Shown here piece after piece: positions 52,426-61,864 of a DNA stretch of 64,000 nucleotides. This stretch comes from Gaiellaceae bacterium (GTDB lineage: Bacteria; Actinomycetota; Thermoleophilia; Gaiellales; Gaiellaceae): the NCBI GenBank assembly GCA_035702645.1, contig DASSQE010000044.1:9620-73619 (forward strand), given 5' to 3'. The position numbers and the translations under genes are program-made. The notes under the pieces were generated by a model that saw only the letters and a program-made list of their open reading frames with translations, did no database searches and had not been told where the DNA came from. Every line of letters starts with the position of its first letter. Position 1 is the stretch's first letter.

Positions 52426-54728
52426 TGAGCCTCGGCGAGTACGAGCGGAAGCGGCGGCGCGGTCGCACCCCTGAGCCGTTCGGTGACGCGAAAGCCGGCG
52501 ACGCCCGCCCGCGGTTCGTAGTCCAACGCCACGCTGCACGTCGGCTCCACTACGACTTCCGGCTCGAGCGGAACGGGGCGCTCGCGAGTTGGGCCGTGCC
52601 GAAGGGTGTGCCGCTCCGCCGCGGCGAGCGGCATCTCGCCGTGCACGTCGAGGACCATCCGCTCGAGTACGCGGACTTCGAGGGGACGATCCCGGCCGGG
52701 GAGTACGGCGCCGGGACGGTCGAGATCTGGGATCGCGGGACCTACGACCTGCTCGAGGAGAAGCGGAACGGCGGCCTCACTGTGCGGCTGTACGGGGAGC
52801 GGCTCGACGGCACCTGGACGCTGATTCCGGCGCGGCTGGACGGCGATCCGAAGAACTGGCTTCTCCTGCGCAAGGATGCGGCGGGAGGTGACGGCCGTCC
52901 GTACGCGCCGATGTTCGCATCGTCGTCCGAAGCCCTGCCCGTCGGGGCGGACTGGGTGTACGAGCCGAAGTGGGACGGCTTTCGCGCGCTCGTGACCGTT
53001 GCGGGTGGAGAGGTCACGCTCATGAGCCGGAACGGGAACGACCTGACCGAGCGCTTCGCCCCCGTTGCGCGTGCCGCGAAGCTGGCGCTGCGCAGCGCCG
53101 ACGCGGTCCTGGACGGGGAGATCTGCGCGCTCGACGCCGGCGGGAACTCGCGCTTCGGGCTCCTCCAGCACGGCTCCGGGACGCTCGTGCTCGTTCTTTT
53201 CGACGCGCTCGAGATCGACTCCGAGTCGCTCGTCGACCTCTCGCTCGTGGAACGCCGCCGACGGCTCGAGCGGATCGTCGATCCGTCGGTCGGCGGCATC
53301 CTCGTGTCGCCCCGTTTCGAGGACGGGCAGGCGCTCCTCGCCGCGGCGCGCAAGGAGGGGCTCGAGGGCGTCGTCGCGAAGCGCAAGGACTCCAAGTACC
53401 TGTCCGGCCGGCGCGGGACCGAGTGGCGGAAGGTGAAGGTGCGCGCCCGCCAGGAGGTCGTCGTCGCCGGCTACACGCGCGGGCAAGGGCGGCGGAGCTA
53501 CGGCTTCGGTGCGCTGGTGGTAGGCGTTCACGAGGCGGGCGGGCTGCGGTGGGCGGGGAACGTCGGCACCGGGTTCTCCGACGAGGAGATCGACCGTCTG
53601 CTCACGCTGATGCGTCCGCTCGAGCGGAAGGACTCGCCGTTCGCGGAGGTCCCGAAGATGCCCCGCGTCCGCCGCGGCGACGTCGTCTGGATCGAGCCGA
53701 CGCTCGTGGCGGAGGTCGAGTTCGTCGAGTGGACGCGCGAGGGACGGCTGCGTGCGCCCGCGTACGTGGGCCTCCGCGACGACAAGCCTGCGGCGGAGGT
53801 TCGTCGTGAGCGCGCCGCCGTGCCGGACGTCGTCGAGCGGGGTCACCGCGAGCTCCGCCTGAGCAACCTCGACAAGCCGTTCTGGCCTGACGAGGGCATC
53901 ACCAAGGGGGACCTCGTCTCGTACTACCGGGAGATCGCAGAGGTGCTCGTCCCGCACCTGCGCCGCCGCCCGTTCACCATGAAGCGCTACCCGGACGGCT
54001 GGCAGGGCAAGCACTTCTTCCAGAAGCAGGCGCCGTCCCACATGCCGGCCTGGATCCAGCGGGCGCCGTTCCCCGCCTCCACGCGCGAGGGAGAGAAGAA
54101 GGTGATCGACTACGCGCTCGTCGACGACGACCTCGCGCTCTTGTGGATGGTGAACATGGGCTGCATCGACCTGCACGCCTGGTCGTCGCGCGCCGATCGC
54201 GGCGACCGCCCGGACTGGGTCATGTTCGATCTCGACCCGTCCGAGGGAGCGACGTTCGACGACGTGGTGAGGGTCGCGCGGCTGGTGAAAGAGACGCTCG
54301 ACCTGCTCGATCTCGAGGGCTGTCCGAAGACCTCCGGCTCGCGAGGGATCCACGTCCTCGTCCCGATCGCTCGCCGCTCGACGTTCCCCGCGGCGCGGGA
54401 GTTCGCCTCGATCGTCGCCGGCGCGCTCGAGCGCGCTCATCCCGATCTCGTGACCACCGAGTGGTCGAAGAAGAAGCGCCGCGGCGTGCTCGTCGACGCG
54501 AACCAGAACCGGCAGGGGGCGACGAACGCGACGGTGTACTCGGTTCGCCCGCGCGCCGGTGCGCCGGTGTCCACGCCTCTCCGCTGGGAAGAGCTCGTGC
54601 CGGGCCTCGACCCGGCGGCCTTCACGATGGATGGGGTGCTCGACCGTGTCGCACGAGACGGCGATCTCTTCGCGCCCGTGCTCGCAGGCGGCCAGTCGCT
54701 CTCGAAGGCGCTGAAAGCGGTGCGGTAG
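52425..54728 (+). CDS. ligD: Multidomain ATP-dependent DNA ligase LigD (phosphoesterase-ligase-polymerase order)
   Basis: PE domain (Y..KR....TPEP, FVVQRH.A.RLHYDFRLE), ligase KxDG motif (YEPKWDGFR), and C-terminal primase-polymerase domain (LSNLDKPFWP, DLDP, GSRGIHV). Confidence 0.92.
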   Translation: MSLGEYERKRRRGRTPEPFGDAKAGDARPRFVVQRHAARRLHYDFRLERNGALASWAVPKGVPLRRGERHLAVHVEDHPLEYADFEGTIPAGEYGAGTVEIWDRGTYDLLEEKRNGGLTVRLYGERLDGTWTLIPARLDGDPKNWLLLRKDAAGGDGRPYAPMFASSSEALPVGADWVYEPKWDGFRALVTVAGGEVTLMSRNGNDLTERFAPVARAAKLALRSADAVLDGEICALDAGGNSRFGLLQHGSGTLVLVLFDALEIDSESLVDLSLVERRRRLERIVDPSVGGILVSPRFEDGQALLAAARKEGLEGVVAKRKDSKYLSGRRGTEWRKVKVRARQEVVVAGYTRGQGRRSYGFGALVVGVHEAGGLRWAGNVGTGFSDEEIDRLLTLMRPLERKDSPFAEVPKMPRVRRGDVVWIEPTLVAEVEFVEWTREGRLRAPAYVGLRDDKPAAEVRRERAAVPDVVERGHRELRLSNLDKPFWPDEGITKGDLVSYYREIAEVLVPHLRRRPFTMKRYPDGWQGKHFFQKQAPSHMPAWIQRAPFPASTREGEKKVIDYALVDDDLALLWMVNMGCIDLHAWSSRADRGDRPDWVMFDLDPSEGATFDDVVRVARLVKETLDLLDLEGCPKTSGSRGIHVLVPIARRSTFPAAREFASIVAGALERAHPDLVTTEWSKKKRRGVLVDANQNRQGATNATVYSVRPRAGAPVSTPLRWEELVPGLDPAAFTMDGVLDRVARDGDLFAPVLAGGQSLSKALKAVR

Positions 54729-54754
54729 GCCGGCAGGATCGGAAGGTCCGGCCC

Positions 54755-56029
54755 CTACGGATCGACGACGTCCGGCTCTTGGTCGAGCCCGCGCGGGTGC
54801 CCGAGCATCGAGAGCTCGACGATATCTCGGCGGAAGAGGAGCGCGACGGTCCAGTCCGTGACGACGCGCAGCTTCCTCGAGAGCAGCGGGAGCTGGTACA
54901 GGTGGTACGTCCGCGCGACGAACCAGCCGAGGAAGCCGTGCAGTCGCATCCCGGGAATCTCGGCGATCCCCTTGTAGCGCCCGAGCGTCGCCACCTGGCC
55001 GAGCATCCGGTAGCCGTATGGCTGGGGCGTGCTCCCCACCAGGTTCTTCGCCAGCCGGCGAGCCTGGCGGAGCGCGTGCTGCGACGTGGGCGGGTCGGTT
55101 CGACCCGGCGTGCGTGTGTTCGGCACAGCCGCGCAGTCGCCGAGCGCCCACACGTTCTCGCGTCCCTCGACGTGGAGGAACGGATCGACCCGCACGCGCC
55201 CGCGCTCGTCGAGCGGCAGCCCGAGCTCGCCGAGGAGCGGGTTCGCGCGCACGCCCGCGGTCCAGACGAGGGTTCGAGCGGGCACGGCGACGCCGTTCGA
55301 GAGGGTCGCCACGCGCCCGTCGTAGGAGGAGAGCGTCGTCTCGACGTGGATCTCGATCCCCCGGGTCTCGAGGTAGCGGGCGGCGTACTCACCGAGCCGG
55401 CGCGGGATCTCGGGGAGGATCTTCGGTGCGGCGTCCACGAGGACCCAGCGCTGGGGAACGTCCCGGAGGCCCGGATAGAAGCGGAGTGCTGCGTGCGCGA
55501 GGTCGTTCAGCTCGGCGAGCGCCTCCACGCCCGCGTATCCGGCGCCGACAAAGACGAAGCCGAGCTCCTCCGGGAGCTCGGGGCGGATCGCGGCCCGCTC
55601 GAGCTGCTGGAGCACGCGATTGCGGAGCGCGATCGCGTCGGCGAGGTCCTTGAAGCCGACTCCGTGCTCGCGCAGGCCCGGCACCGGGAAGACGCGCGTG
55701 ATCGAGCCGAGAGCGACGACGAGGTGCTCGTACCGGATCTTCAGTTCGCCCGCGAGCGTGTCCGCGCGCACCACGCGGCGTTCCTCGTCGAGACCCGTCG
55801 CTCGGCCGAGCAGGAGGTCGGCGTGCGGGCACATCTGGCGCAGCGGAACGACCACGTGCCGCGGCTCGAGCGTCCCCGACCCAGCCTCCACGAGCAGCGG
55901 TGTGTACAGCACGTAGTTCTCGGTCGAGAGGATCGTCGCGCCTCGCTTGCCCAGCAGGCGGGCCACGTAGCCGCCGGCGAACCCGCCGCCGACGACGAGG
56001 GTGCCGCCGCGTGCCTCCCGAGCCTCCAC
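54755..56029 (-). CDS. ndh: Type II NADH:quinone oxidoreductase (NDH-2) family flavoprotein
   Basis: Two dinucleotide folds (VVGGGFAGG, FVGAGYAGVE) and a GDCA motif. GTG start at 56029. Confidence 0.85.
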   Translation of the reverse strand: MEAREARGGTLVVGGGFAGGYVARLLGKRGATILSTENYVLYTPLLVEAGSGTLEPRHVVVPLRQMCPHADLLLGRATGLDEERRVVRADTLAGELKIRYEHLVVALGSITRVFPVPGLREHGVGFKDLADAIALRNRVLQQLERAAIRPELPEELGFVFVGAGYAGVEALAELNDLAHAALRFYPGLRDVPQRWVLVDAAPKILPEIPRRLGEYAARYLETRGIEIHVETTLSSYDGRVATLSNGVAVPARTLVWTAGVRANPLLGELGLPLDERGRVRVDPFLHVEGRENVWALGDCAAVPNTRTPGRTDPPTSQHALRQARRLAKNLVGSTPQPYGYRMLGQVATLGRYKGIAEIPGMRLHGFLGWFVARTYHLYQLPLLSRKLRVVTDWTVALLFRRDIVELSMLGHPRGLDQEPDVVDP

Positions 56030-56034
56030 GCGGC

Positions 56035-56493
56035 ATGCTTACCACGGTCGTGGCGGTGCAGGTCTCGGTCATCGGGAGCGGACGGGAGCAGGAAGCTGCT
56101 GCCGAGGCGGTCGGGCGCCTTCTCGCCGAGCGCGGGCTCACGGTGGTGACGGGAGGTCTCGGCGAGGTGATGGCCGCCGCGCACCGCGGAGCCAAGGAGG
56201 CGGGCGGCACGACCATCGCGATCCTCCCCGGCGAGCGCCGGGAGGACGCGAATCCGTGGGCCGATCACGTCGTCGTCACCGGCATCGGGCATGCGCGCAA
56301 CCTCGCGGTCGCCGCCTCCGGAGACGCCGTCGTCGCAGTCGGGGGGAGCTACGGAACGGTTGCGGAAATCGCGTTCGCGCTCCGCCTCGGCCGTCCCGTG
56401 ATCGCGCTCGCCGGGGCACCCGAGGTCGACGGTGTCGAGCGCGCGTCCACGCCTGAGGAGGCCGTCGAGCTCGTTCTACGCCACCTCGCCTAA
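56035..56493 (+). CDS. TIGR00725-family / LOG-like Rossmann protein
   Basis: VIGSG...[13 protein letters not shown]...[14 protein letters not shown] pattern. The ATG at 56035 lies only 5 nt from the divergent ndh start, so one or both true starts may be further in (GTGs at 56050 and 56056). Confidence 0.65.
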   Translation: MLTTVVAVQVSVIGSGREQEAAAEAVGRLLAERGLTVVTGGLGEVMAAAHRGAKEAGGTTIAILPGERREDANPWADHVVVTGIGHARNLAVAASGDAVVAVGGSYGTVAEIAFALRLGRPVIALAGAPEVDGVERASTPEEAVELVLRHLA

Positions 56494-57681
56494 CCGGCGT
56501 TCGAGGTACCGGCGCTCCGGCTCGTTCGCGGTCATGGCGATCGCGCACCGGTACTCGCGCGCTGCGTCGTCGCCTCGACCGAGCCGACGGAGCAGGTCGG
56601 CACGCGCGGCGTGCAGGAGGTGGTACCCGTCCAGGTCACCCAGCTCGCCGAGCTCGTCGATGATCGCGAGCCCCTCCTCGAGATCGCCCGCGAGCGCGAT
56701 CGCGACCGCGCGGTTCAGGGAGACGACGGGCGAGGGGTCGATCTCCGCGAGGCGGTCGTACAGCACCACGATCTCGTCCCAGGGGCGACTCTCCGAATGC
56801 GCGCCGGCGATCGCCGCCTGGAGCTGGTACGGGCCGACTCGCCGAAACGCGGCCGCGCGCTCGAGGACACGCAGGCCTTCGTCGATGCGGTCGCGGTCCC
56901 AGAGTGAGCGATCCTGGTCCTCGAGCAACACGAGCTCGCCCTCCGTGTCGACGCGTGCCCGGCGCCGCGAGTCCTGGAAGAGCATGAGCGCGAGGAGCCC
57001 CAGAGCTTCGGGCTCGTCCGGCATCAGCACCGCGAGCAGCTTGGCGAGGCGGATCGCTTCGTCACAGAGCTCGCCGCGCACGTGGTCCGCGCCCGCGGTG
57101 GCGGCGTACCCCTCGTTGAACACGAGGTAGAGGACCGCGAGCACCGGCCGCAGCCGCTCCGGCAGCAGGTGGTCCGGTGGGACCCGGAACGGAATCCCGG
57201 CCGTCCGGATCTTCCGCTTGGCGCGGACGAGGCGCTGGGCCATCGTCGGCTCGGGAACGAGGAACGCTCGGGCGATCTCCGGCGTTGCGAGGCCGCCGAC
57301 CTCGCGGAGCGTGAGCGCGATCCGGCTCTCGGGCGCGAGCGCCGGATGGCAGCAGGTGAAGATGAGCGCGAGTCGCTCGTCTGGGATCGCGCTCACGTCC
57401 TCCTCCTCGGCCGGGAGGGCCTCGACGCGTGCGAGCTGCTCGGCCTTCTGCTGGAAGACGCGGTCCCGCCGGATCCGGTCGATCGCGCGGTTGCGTGCCG
57501 TCGTGACGATCCACGCACCCGGATTACGCGGTGGACCGTCGCGCGGCCAGCGCTCGAGGGCGGTTGCGAAGGCGTCCTGAACCGCGTCCTCCGCGAGCTC
57601 GAGGTCGCCGAGCGCCCGGGCGAGGATCGCGACCGCATGGCCCCACTCCTCTCGGAACGCGTCCTCGACGACATCTGCCAC
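56476..57681 (-). CDS. ECF-type sigma factor with C-terminal TPR-like extension (COG4941 type)
   Basis: Region 2 ([10 protein letters not shown]...[17 protein letters not shown]), region 4, and a helical C-terminal domain of about 200 aa. Adjacent to YCII-related genes, as is typical for this group. Confidence 0.82.
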   Translation of the reverse strand: MADVVEDAFREEWGHAVAILARALGDLELAEDAVQDAFATALERWPRDGPPRNPGAWIVTTARNRAIDRIRRDRVFQQKAEQLARVEALPAEEEDVSAIPDERLALIFTCCHPALAPESRIALTLREVGGLATPEIARAFLVPEPTMAQRLVRAKRKIRTAGIPFRVPPDHLLPERLRPVLAVLYLVFNEGYAATAGADHVRGELCDEAIRLAKLLAVLMPDEPEALGLLALMLFQDSRRRARVDTEGELVLLEDQDRSLWDRDRIDEGLRVLERAAAFRRVGPYQLQAAIAGAHSESRPWDEIVVLYDRLAEIDPSPVVSLNRAVAIALAGDLEEGLAIIDELGELGDLDGYHLLHAARADLLRRLGRGDDAAREYRCAIAMTANEPERRYLERRLGEVA

Positions 57682-57695
57682 TCGGCAGCGGCTCC

Positions 57696-58052
57696 TCAGA
57701 CGACCAGCGGCCGGATCTCGATCGCTCCCGTCTCTGCGGTCGGGATCAGCGACGAGAGCCTGATCGCCTCGTCGAGGTCGGGCACGTCGATCACGAACAG
57801 GCCGCCGATGTACTCCTTGGTTTCCGCGAACGGGCCGTCGGTGACGACGCGCTCGCCGTCCCGAACGCGCACGACCTTCGCCGTCCGCCGCTCGTCGAGC
57901 TCCTGGCCGCCGACCTCCGGATCGGATCTCCGCAGCTCCTCGAAGAGCTCGTACCAGCGTGGCAGCACCTCCGCTCGACGCTCGACCTTCTCCTCGTCGG
58001 ACAGATCGGCCCAGCCCGTGTCGGTTCCGTAGATGAGGAGCGCGTACTTCAC
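57696..58052 (-). CDS. YCII-related (DGPF) domain protein
   Basis: [21 protein letters not shown] motif. GTG at 58052 is preceded by GGAGGAG and overlaps the upstream stop (GTGA). Confidence 0.85.
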   Translation of the reverse strand: MKYALLIYGTDTGWADLSDEEKVERRAEVLPRWYELFEELRRSDPEVGGQELDERRTAKVVRVRDGERVVTDGPFAETKEYIGGLFVIDVPDLDEAIRLSSLIPTAETGAIEIRPLVV

Positions 58053-58414
58053 AGCTGCTCCTCCGCCGTGTCGAGGTACACGGGCCTCACCTCGACGGCG
58101 CCGTCCTCGGCCGCCGGGATGCGTGCCGCCCAGTCGAGCGCGTCGTCCAGCGAGTCGCACTCGAGGAGGTAGTAGCCGCCGAGCGCCTCCTTGACCTCGG
58201 CATACGGGCCGTCGACGACGAGCGTCTCGGCGTCGCGGACTCTGACGCTCGTGGCGTCGCGGGTCGGCGTTAGCTGGTTCGCGTCGGCGTAGACGCCCGC
58301 CGCGCGCATCTCCTCGGTGACGGATCTGTACCGCGCGATCAGCTTCGAGCGCTCCTCGGGGGAGCGGGTCTCCCAGCTCGTCTCGTCGCCGTAGATCAGT
58401 GCGATGAACTTCAT
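58049..58414 (-). CDS. YCII-related (DGPF) domain protein, second paralog
   Basis: [21 protein letters not shown] motif. ATG at 58414 is preceded by GAGGAGG. Confidence 0.85.
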   Translation of the reverse strand: MKFIALIYGDETSWETRSPEERSKLIARYRSVTEEMRAAGVYADANQLTPTRDATSVRVRDAETLVVDGPYAEVKEALGGYYLLECDSLDDALDWAARIPAAEDGAVEVRPVYLDTAEEQL

Positions 58415-58433
58415 CGATCCTCCTCTCGCCGGT

Positions 58434-60710
58434 TCATCCTGACGACGAGCGGCCGCCGCGGGAATCGACATCCGTGCCGAGCATCCGTGCGAGAAGCGTG
58501 CGGGCTCCGGCCTTGTCGAGCGGCTCGTTGAGGTTGCCGCACTTCGGGCTCTGGACGCACGAGGGGCAGCCGCTCGAGCAGGGACAGCGCTCGAGCAGCC
58601 GGAGCGTGTCCTCGACCCAGCCGTCGAACCGCTCGAAGCCGCGGGCTGTGATGCCGACGCCGCCCGCGTGGCCGTCGTAGACGAATATCGTCGGGCGCCC
58701 GGTCTGGTAGTGGACGTTCGTCGAGAGGCCGCCAATGTCCCAGCGGTCGCACATCGCCTGCAGCGGGAGGAGCGCGATCAGCGCGTGCTCGGCGGCGTGC
58801 AGCGTGCCGAGGAGCTTCGGCATCTGCTCGAGGCCCGCGAGGTGCGGATCCGTCGGCGAGAACCAGACCGCCTCCGTCTCGAACGTCGTCTCGGGCATGA
58901 GGAGCGGGACGACGTCGATCGTCGATCCGTCGCGAATCGCCTTGCGCGCGTAGGCGACGACCTGCTCGGAGACGGAGACTCGTCCGAAGCGGAGCTCGAC
59001 GTCGAGTCTCGGCTCGACCCGCTCGACCTCCTCGATCGTCGTCTCGGATTCCTTTTTCACCTGCGTGTACCAGTCGACTCCCGCTGAGACGACGAGCGCG
59101 ACGCGGCCCTCGTGGTCGAGCTCCTCGACCAGGTACTGCTCGCCGAGATGGAGGTACACCGCGCCCTCGTGGACGGTCGAGTACGCGCGCTCCCGCTCGA
59201 CGAGACCGAGGAGTGCCCCGCTCTCGCGCTCGACGACCATGAACGCGTCGGCGTCGCCGGAGCGGAGCGACACACGCGCGGCAGGGTAGTCGCGTCCTTT
59301 CCAGACGTATCCGGCCGACGTGCGCTCGAGCTCCGGGAGCTCCGCGGCGCGCTCGAGCGCCTCGGGTCCGAGCTCCGCCGCGTCGGTCTCGTCGAGCGGT
59401 GCCTCGTAGGCGGCCGCGTAGACGTGCGGATCGAGGATCCGCGGGTTCGTGTGGTCGAGGATCGCGGCCTCGACGCGCCGCGAGAGGAGCGCGTCCGGCT
59501 CGCGTGCGAAGAACTGGTCGAGCGCGTCCTCGCTCGCGACGAGGACGGCGAGCCCGCGCTCGCGGCGCCCGGCGCGACCCCATTGCTGGCGGAGCGAGGC
59601 GATCGTTCCGGGGAAGCCGACCGAGATCGCGCAGTCGAGCAAGCCGATGTCGATCCCGAGCTCGAGTGCGTCGGTCGCCGTCACGCCGAGGAGCTCGCCC
59701 TCCACGAGCCGCCGCTCGATGTCGCGCCGCTGCTCCGCGGTGTAGCCGGCGCGGTACGGCGCGAGGCGGCGTGCGGTCTCCCCGTCCACGCGCTCGACGG
59801 TGAAGCGGTGGATCAGCTCAGCAGCTTTGCGGCTCTTCGCGAAGCAGATCGTCCGCAGGCCGCGGGAGGTGAGGCTCGACATGATCCGCGCGGCGTCGCC
59901 GAGCGTGCTCGCTCGCTGGCCGAGGTCGGCGTCGAGGAGCCGCGGGTTCCAGATCGCGATCTCGCGCTCGGCGCTCGGCGAGGCGTCACGCTCGACCGCG
60001 GTCGCCGGCTCGCCGGTCAGCGCGAGCGCGAGCTCGCCGGCGTTCGCGATCGTTGCGGTCGCGAGGAGGAACCGCAGGTCGGCGTCGTAGATCCGCGCCA
60101 GCCGGCGCAGGCGGCGGAGGACGTTCCCGACGTGCGAGCCGAAGACCCCGCGGTAGACGTGCGCCTCGTCGACGACGACGAAATGGAGGTTCGAGAGCAC
60201 GTCGCCCCAGCGATCGTGGTGCGGGAGGAGACCGACGTGGAGCATGTCCGGGTTCGTCAGGACGAGGTTCGACCACTTCCGGATCTGCCACCGCCGCTCG
60301 CCCGGCGTGTCCCCGTCGTAGATCGCCGGCTTGAGCCCCTTCAGGCGAAGCTCGGAGAGAGCACGCAGCTGATCCTGGGCGAGCGCCTTCGTCGGGTAGA
60401 GGTAGAGCGCACGCGTCTTCGGGTCGCGGGCCACCGCGTCGAGGACGGGGAGGTTGAAGGCGAGCGACTTCCCCGATGCCGTGCCCGTCGTGACGACGAC
60501 GTTCTCGCCGCGCTGCGCTGCTTCCCACGCCTCGGCCTGGTGGCGATACAGGGCGGTGACACCGTTCGCGGCGAGCGCGGAGGCGAGGACTGGATCGAGA
60601 TCGTCCGGCAAAGGCTCGGTCCGCGCGACCCGAGCCGGCTCGAGCCCGCGGTAGGCGATCTCCTCGCCTTCGAGCAGGTCGGCCCAGCCGGCTGCGACCT
60701 CGGTCGCCAT
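58434..60710 (-). CDS. DEAD/DEAH-box helicase with C-terminal DUF1998 Cys4 domain (YprA/MrfA-like)
   Basis: Motif I TGTASGKS, motif II VVDEAH, helicase C domain, and a C-terminal CPCSSGCPSCVQSPKCGN metal-binding cluster. 758 aa. Confidence 0.85.
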   Translation of the reverse strand: MATEVAAGWADLLEGEEIAYRGLEPARVARTEPLPDDLDPVLASALAANGVTALYRHQAEAWEAAQRGENVVVTTGTASGKSLAFNLPVLDAVARDPKTRALYLYPTKALAQDQLRALSELRLKGLKPAIYDGDTPGERRWQIRKWSNLVLTNPDMLHVGLLPHHDRWGDVLSNLHFVVVDEAHVYRGVFGSHVGNVLRRLRRLARIYDADLRFLLATATIANAGELALALTGEPATAVERDASPSAEREIAIWNPRLLDADLGQRASTLGDAARIMSSLTSRGLRTICFAKSRKAAELIHRFTVERVDGETARRLAPYRAGYTAEQRRDIERRLVEGELLGVTATDALELGIDIGLLDCAISVGFPGTIASLRQQWGRAGRRERGLAVLVASEDALDQFFAREPDALLSRRVEAAILDHTNPRILDPHVYAAAYEAPLDETDAAELGPEALERAAELPELERTSAGYVWKGRDYPAARVSLRSGDADAFMVVERESGALLGLVERERAYSTVHEGAVYLHLGEQYLVEELDHEGRVALVVSAGVDWYTQVKKESETTIEEVERVEPRLDVELRFGRVSVSEQVVAYARKAIRDGSTIDVVPLLMPETTFETEAVWFSPTDPHLAGLEQMPKLLGTLHAAEHALIALLPLQAMCDRWDIGGLSTNVHYQTGRPTIFVYDGHAGGVGITARGFERFDGWVEDTLRLLERCPCSSGCPSCVQSPKCGNLNEPLDKAGARTLLARMLGTDVDSRGGRSSSG

Positions 60711-60734
60711 CGGCGCAGTGTCGCAGGCACTCGG

Positions 60735-61052
60735 TCAGCCGAGATACGGAGCGAAGGCGGTCTCGTAGTGCGAGCGCTTGTGCGCCCCGTACACGGTCGC
60801 GCGCGCTTCGCCGCCCGAGAAGAGGGTCACCGTCGGCAACGAGAGGACGCTGTACCTGCTCGGCACGGCCAGGTTTGCGTCGACGTCCAGGCGGACGAGC
60901 CGGACCCGCCCCGCGTGCTCGTCGGCGATCGTCCGGAGGTGCGGCTCGATCGCCTCGCACGGCCCGCACCAGGGGGCCCAGAAGTCGACGATCACCGGGA
61001 CCGGCGAGGCGAGCACCTCGTCGTCGAACGTCGCGTCGGTGACCTCGTCCAT
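60735..61052 (-). CDS. trxA: Thioredoxin
   Basis: WAPWCGPC active site; 105 aa starting at the ATG at 61052, which overlaps the upstream stop by 1 nt. Confidence 0.92.
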   Translation of the reverse strand: MDEVTDATFDDEVLASPVPVIVDFWAPWCGPCEAIEPHLRTIADEHAGRVRLVRLDVDANLAVPSRYSVLSLPTVTLFSGGEARATVYGAHKRSHYETAFAPYLG

Positions 61053-61804
61053 CACAAGCGCCCCGTGAGCGCGCGGAAGCGCAGTCCGGGGACCTTCCAC
61101 ATCGCCTCCGCGACGATCGCGCGCGTCATCTTCGACTCGCCGACCCGTCGATCGACGAACTGGATCGGCACCTCGACGACGCGGAAGCCGGCCCGGATGA
61201 CGCGATAGGTCGTCTCGATCTGGAAGGCGTAGCCTCGCGCAGACAGCTCGTCGAGGTCGATCGTCTCGAGCACCTCGCGGCGGAAGCACTTGAACCCGCC
61301 CGTGAGGTCGCGGATGTGGACGCCGAGGATGAGCCGAGCGTAGAACGAGCCGCCTTTCGAGACGAACCGCCGACCGAGTCCCCAGTTCCCGGTGCCGCCT
61401 CCTTCGACGTAGCGCGAGCCGAGCGCGAGATCCGTCTCGTCACTCGTCGTCGCCGCGATCAGCCTCGGCACGTCGTTCGGGTCGTGCGAAAAGTCGCAGT
61501 CCATCTCGAGCACGAGCTCGGCTCCTCCGGCGACGGCGTGACGGAATCCCGCGATGTACGCGGGGCCGAGCCCCTCCTTGACCGGCCGGTGGAGGACGTC
61601 GACCCAGTGGAGCTCGTCCGCGAGGCGGTCCGCGATCTCGCCCGTACCGTCCGGCGAAGAGTCGTCGATGACGAGCACGCGGTCCCGTGAGGTGTCCAGC
61701 ACCTCGCCGAGCGCCCGCACCATCGGCTCGATGTTCTCCCGTTCGTTGTAGGTCGGGAGACAGACGACTGCGCGCGGGTGGGTCGTGGGCGTGTCCTCGG
61801 GCAT
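61052..61804 (-). CDS. Polyprenol-phosphate mannosyltransferase-like GT2 (Ppm1/DPM1 type, soluble catalytic domain)
   Basis: LPTYNEREN, DDSSPDGTG and EMDCDFSHDP motifs. ATG at 61804; an alternative at 61858 would leave only 6 nt to the polX start. Confidence 0.82.
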   Translation of the reverse strand: MPEDTPTTHPRAVVCLPTYNERENIEPMVRALGEVLDTSRDRVLVIDDSSPDGTGEIADRLADELHWVDVLHRPVKEGLGPAYIAGFRHAVAGGAELVLEMDCDFSHDPNDVPRLIAATTSDETDLALGSRYVEGGGTGNWGLGRRFVSKGGSFYARLILGVHIRDLTGGFKCFRREVLETIDLDELSARGYAFQIETTYRVIRAGFRVVEVPIQFVDRRVGESKMTRAIVAEAMWKVPGLRFRALTGRL

Positions 61805-61822
61805 CGTCGGGGCGGTCGCGGC

Positions 61823-61837
61823 GGAACCCGGGGTTCC
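61823..61837. promoter_or_regulatory. Perfect 15-bp palindrome GGAACCCGGGGTTCC in the 60-bp divergent intergenic region
   Basis: Read directly. It has 7-1-7 dyad symmetry and contains GAAC-N5-GTTC. It lies between the GT2-trxA-helicase operon start (61804) and the polX start (61865). Confidence 0.45.
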
Positions 61838-61864
61838 CCCGCCCGATCTCCCTATCATCGCGAC

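Noticed and set aside
52329-55151. 940-aa minus-strand ORF opposite ligD, and similar giants (47006..49579 minus, 21681..24245 plus, 59112..61208 plus, 43556..45397 minus, 9052..10398 plus, 2388..3749 minus)
   Set aside because: All overlap well-supported genes on the other strand or in another frame. They have Arg/Pro/Gly/Ala-dominated low-complexity translations and no motifs, so they are high-GC artefacts.
58434-60710. Helicase with DUF1998 as part of a DISARM-like or other phage-defence system
   Set aside because: Helicase and DUF1998 are fused as in YprA/MrfA repair helicases. There is no adjacent methyltransferase, PLD nuclease or other defence component; the neighbours are trxA, YCII proteins and a sigma factor.
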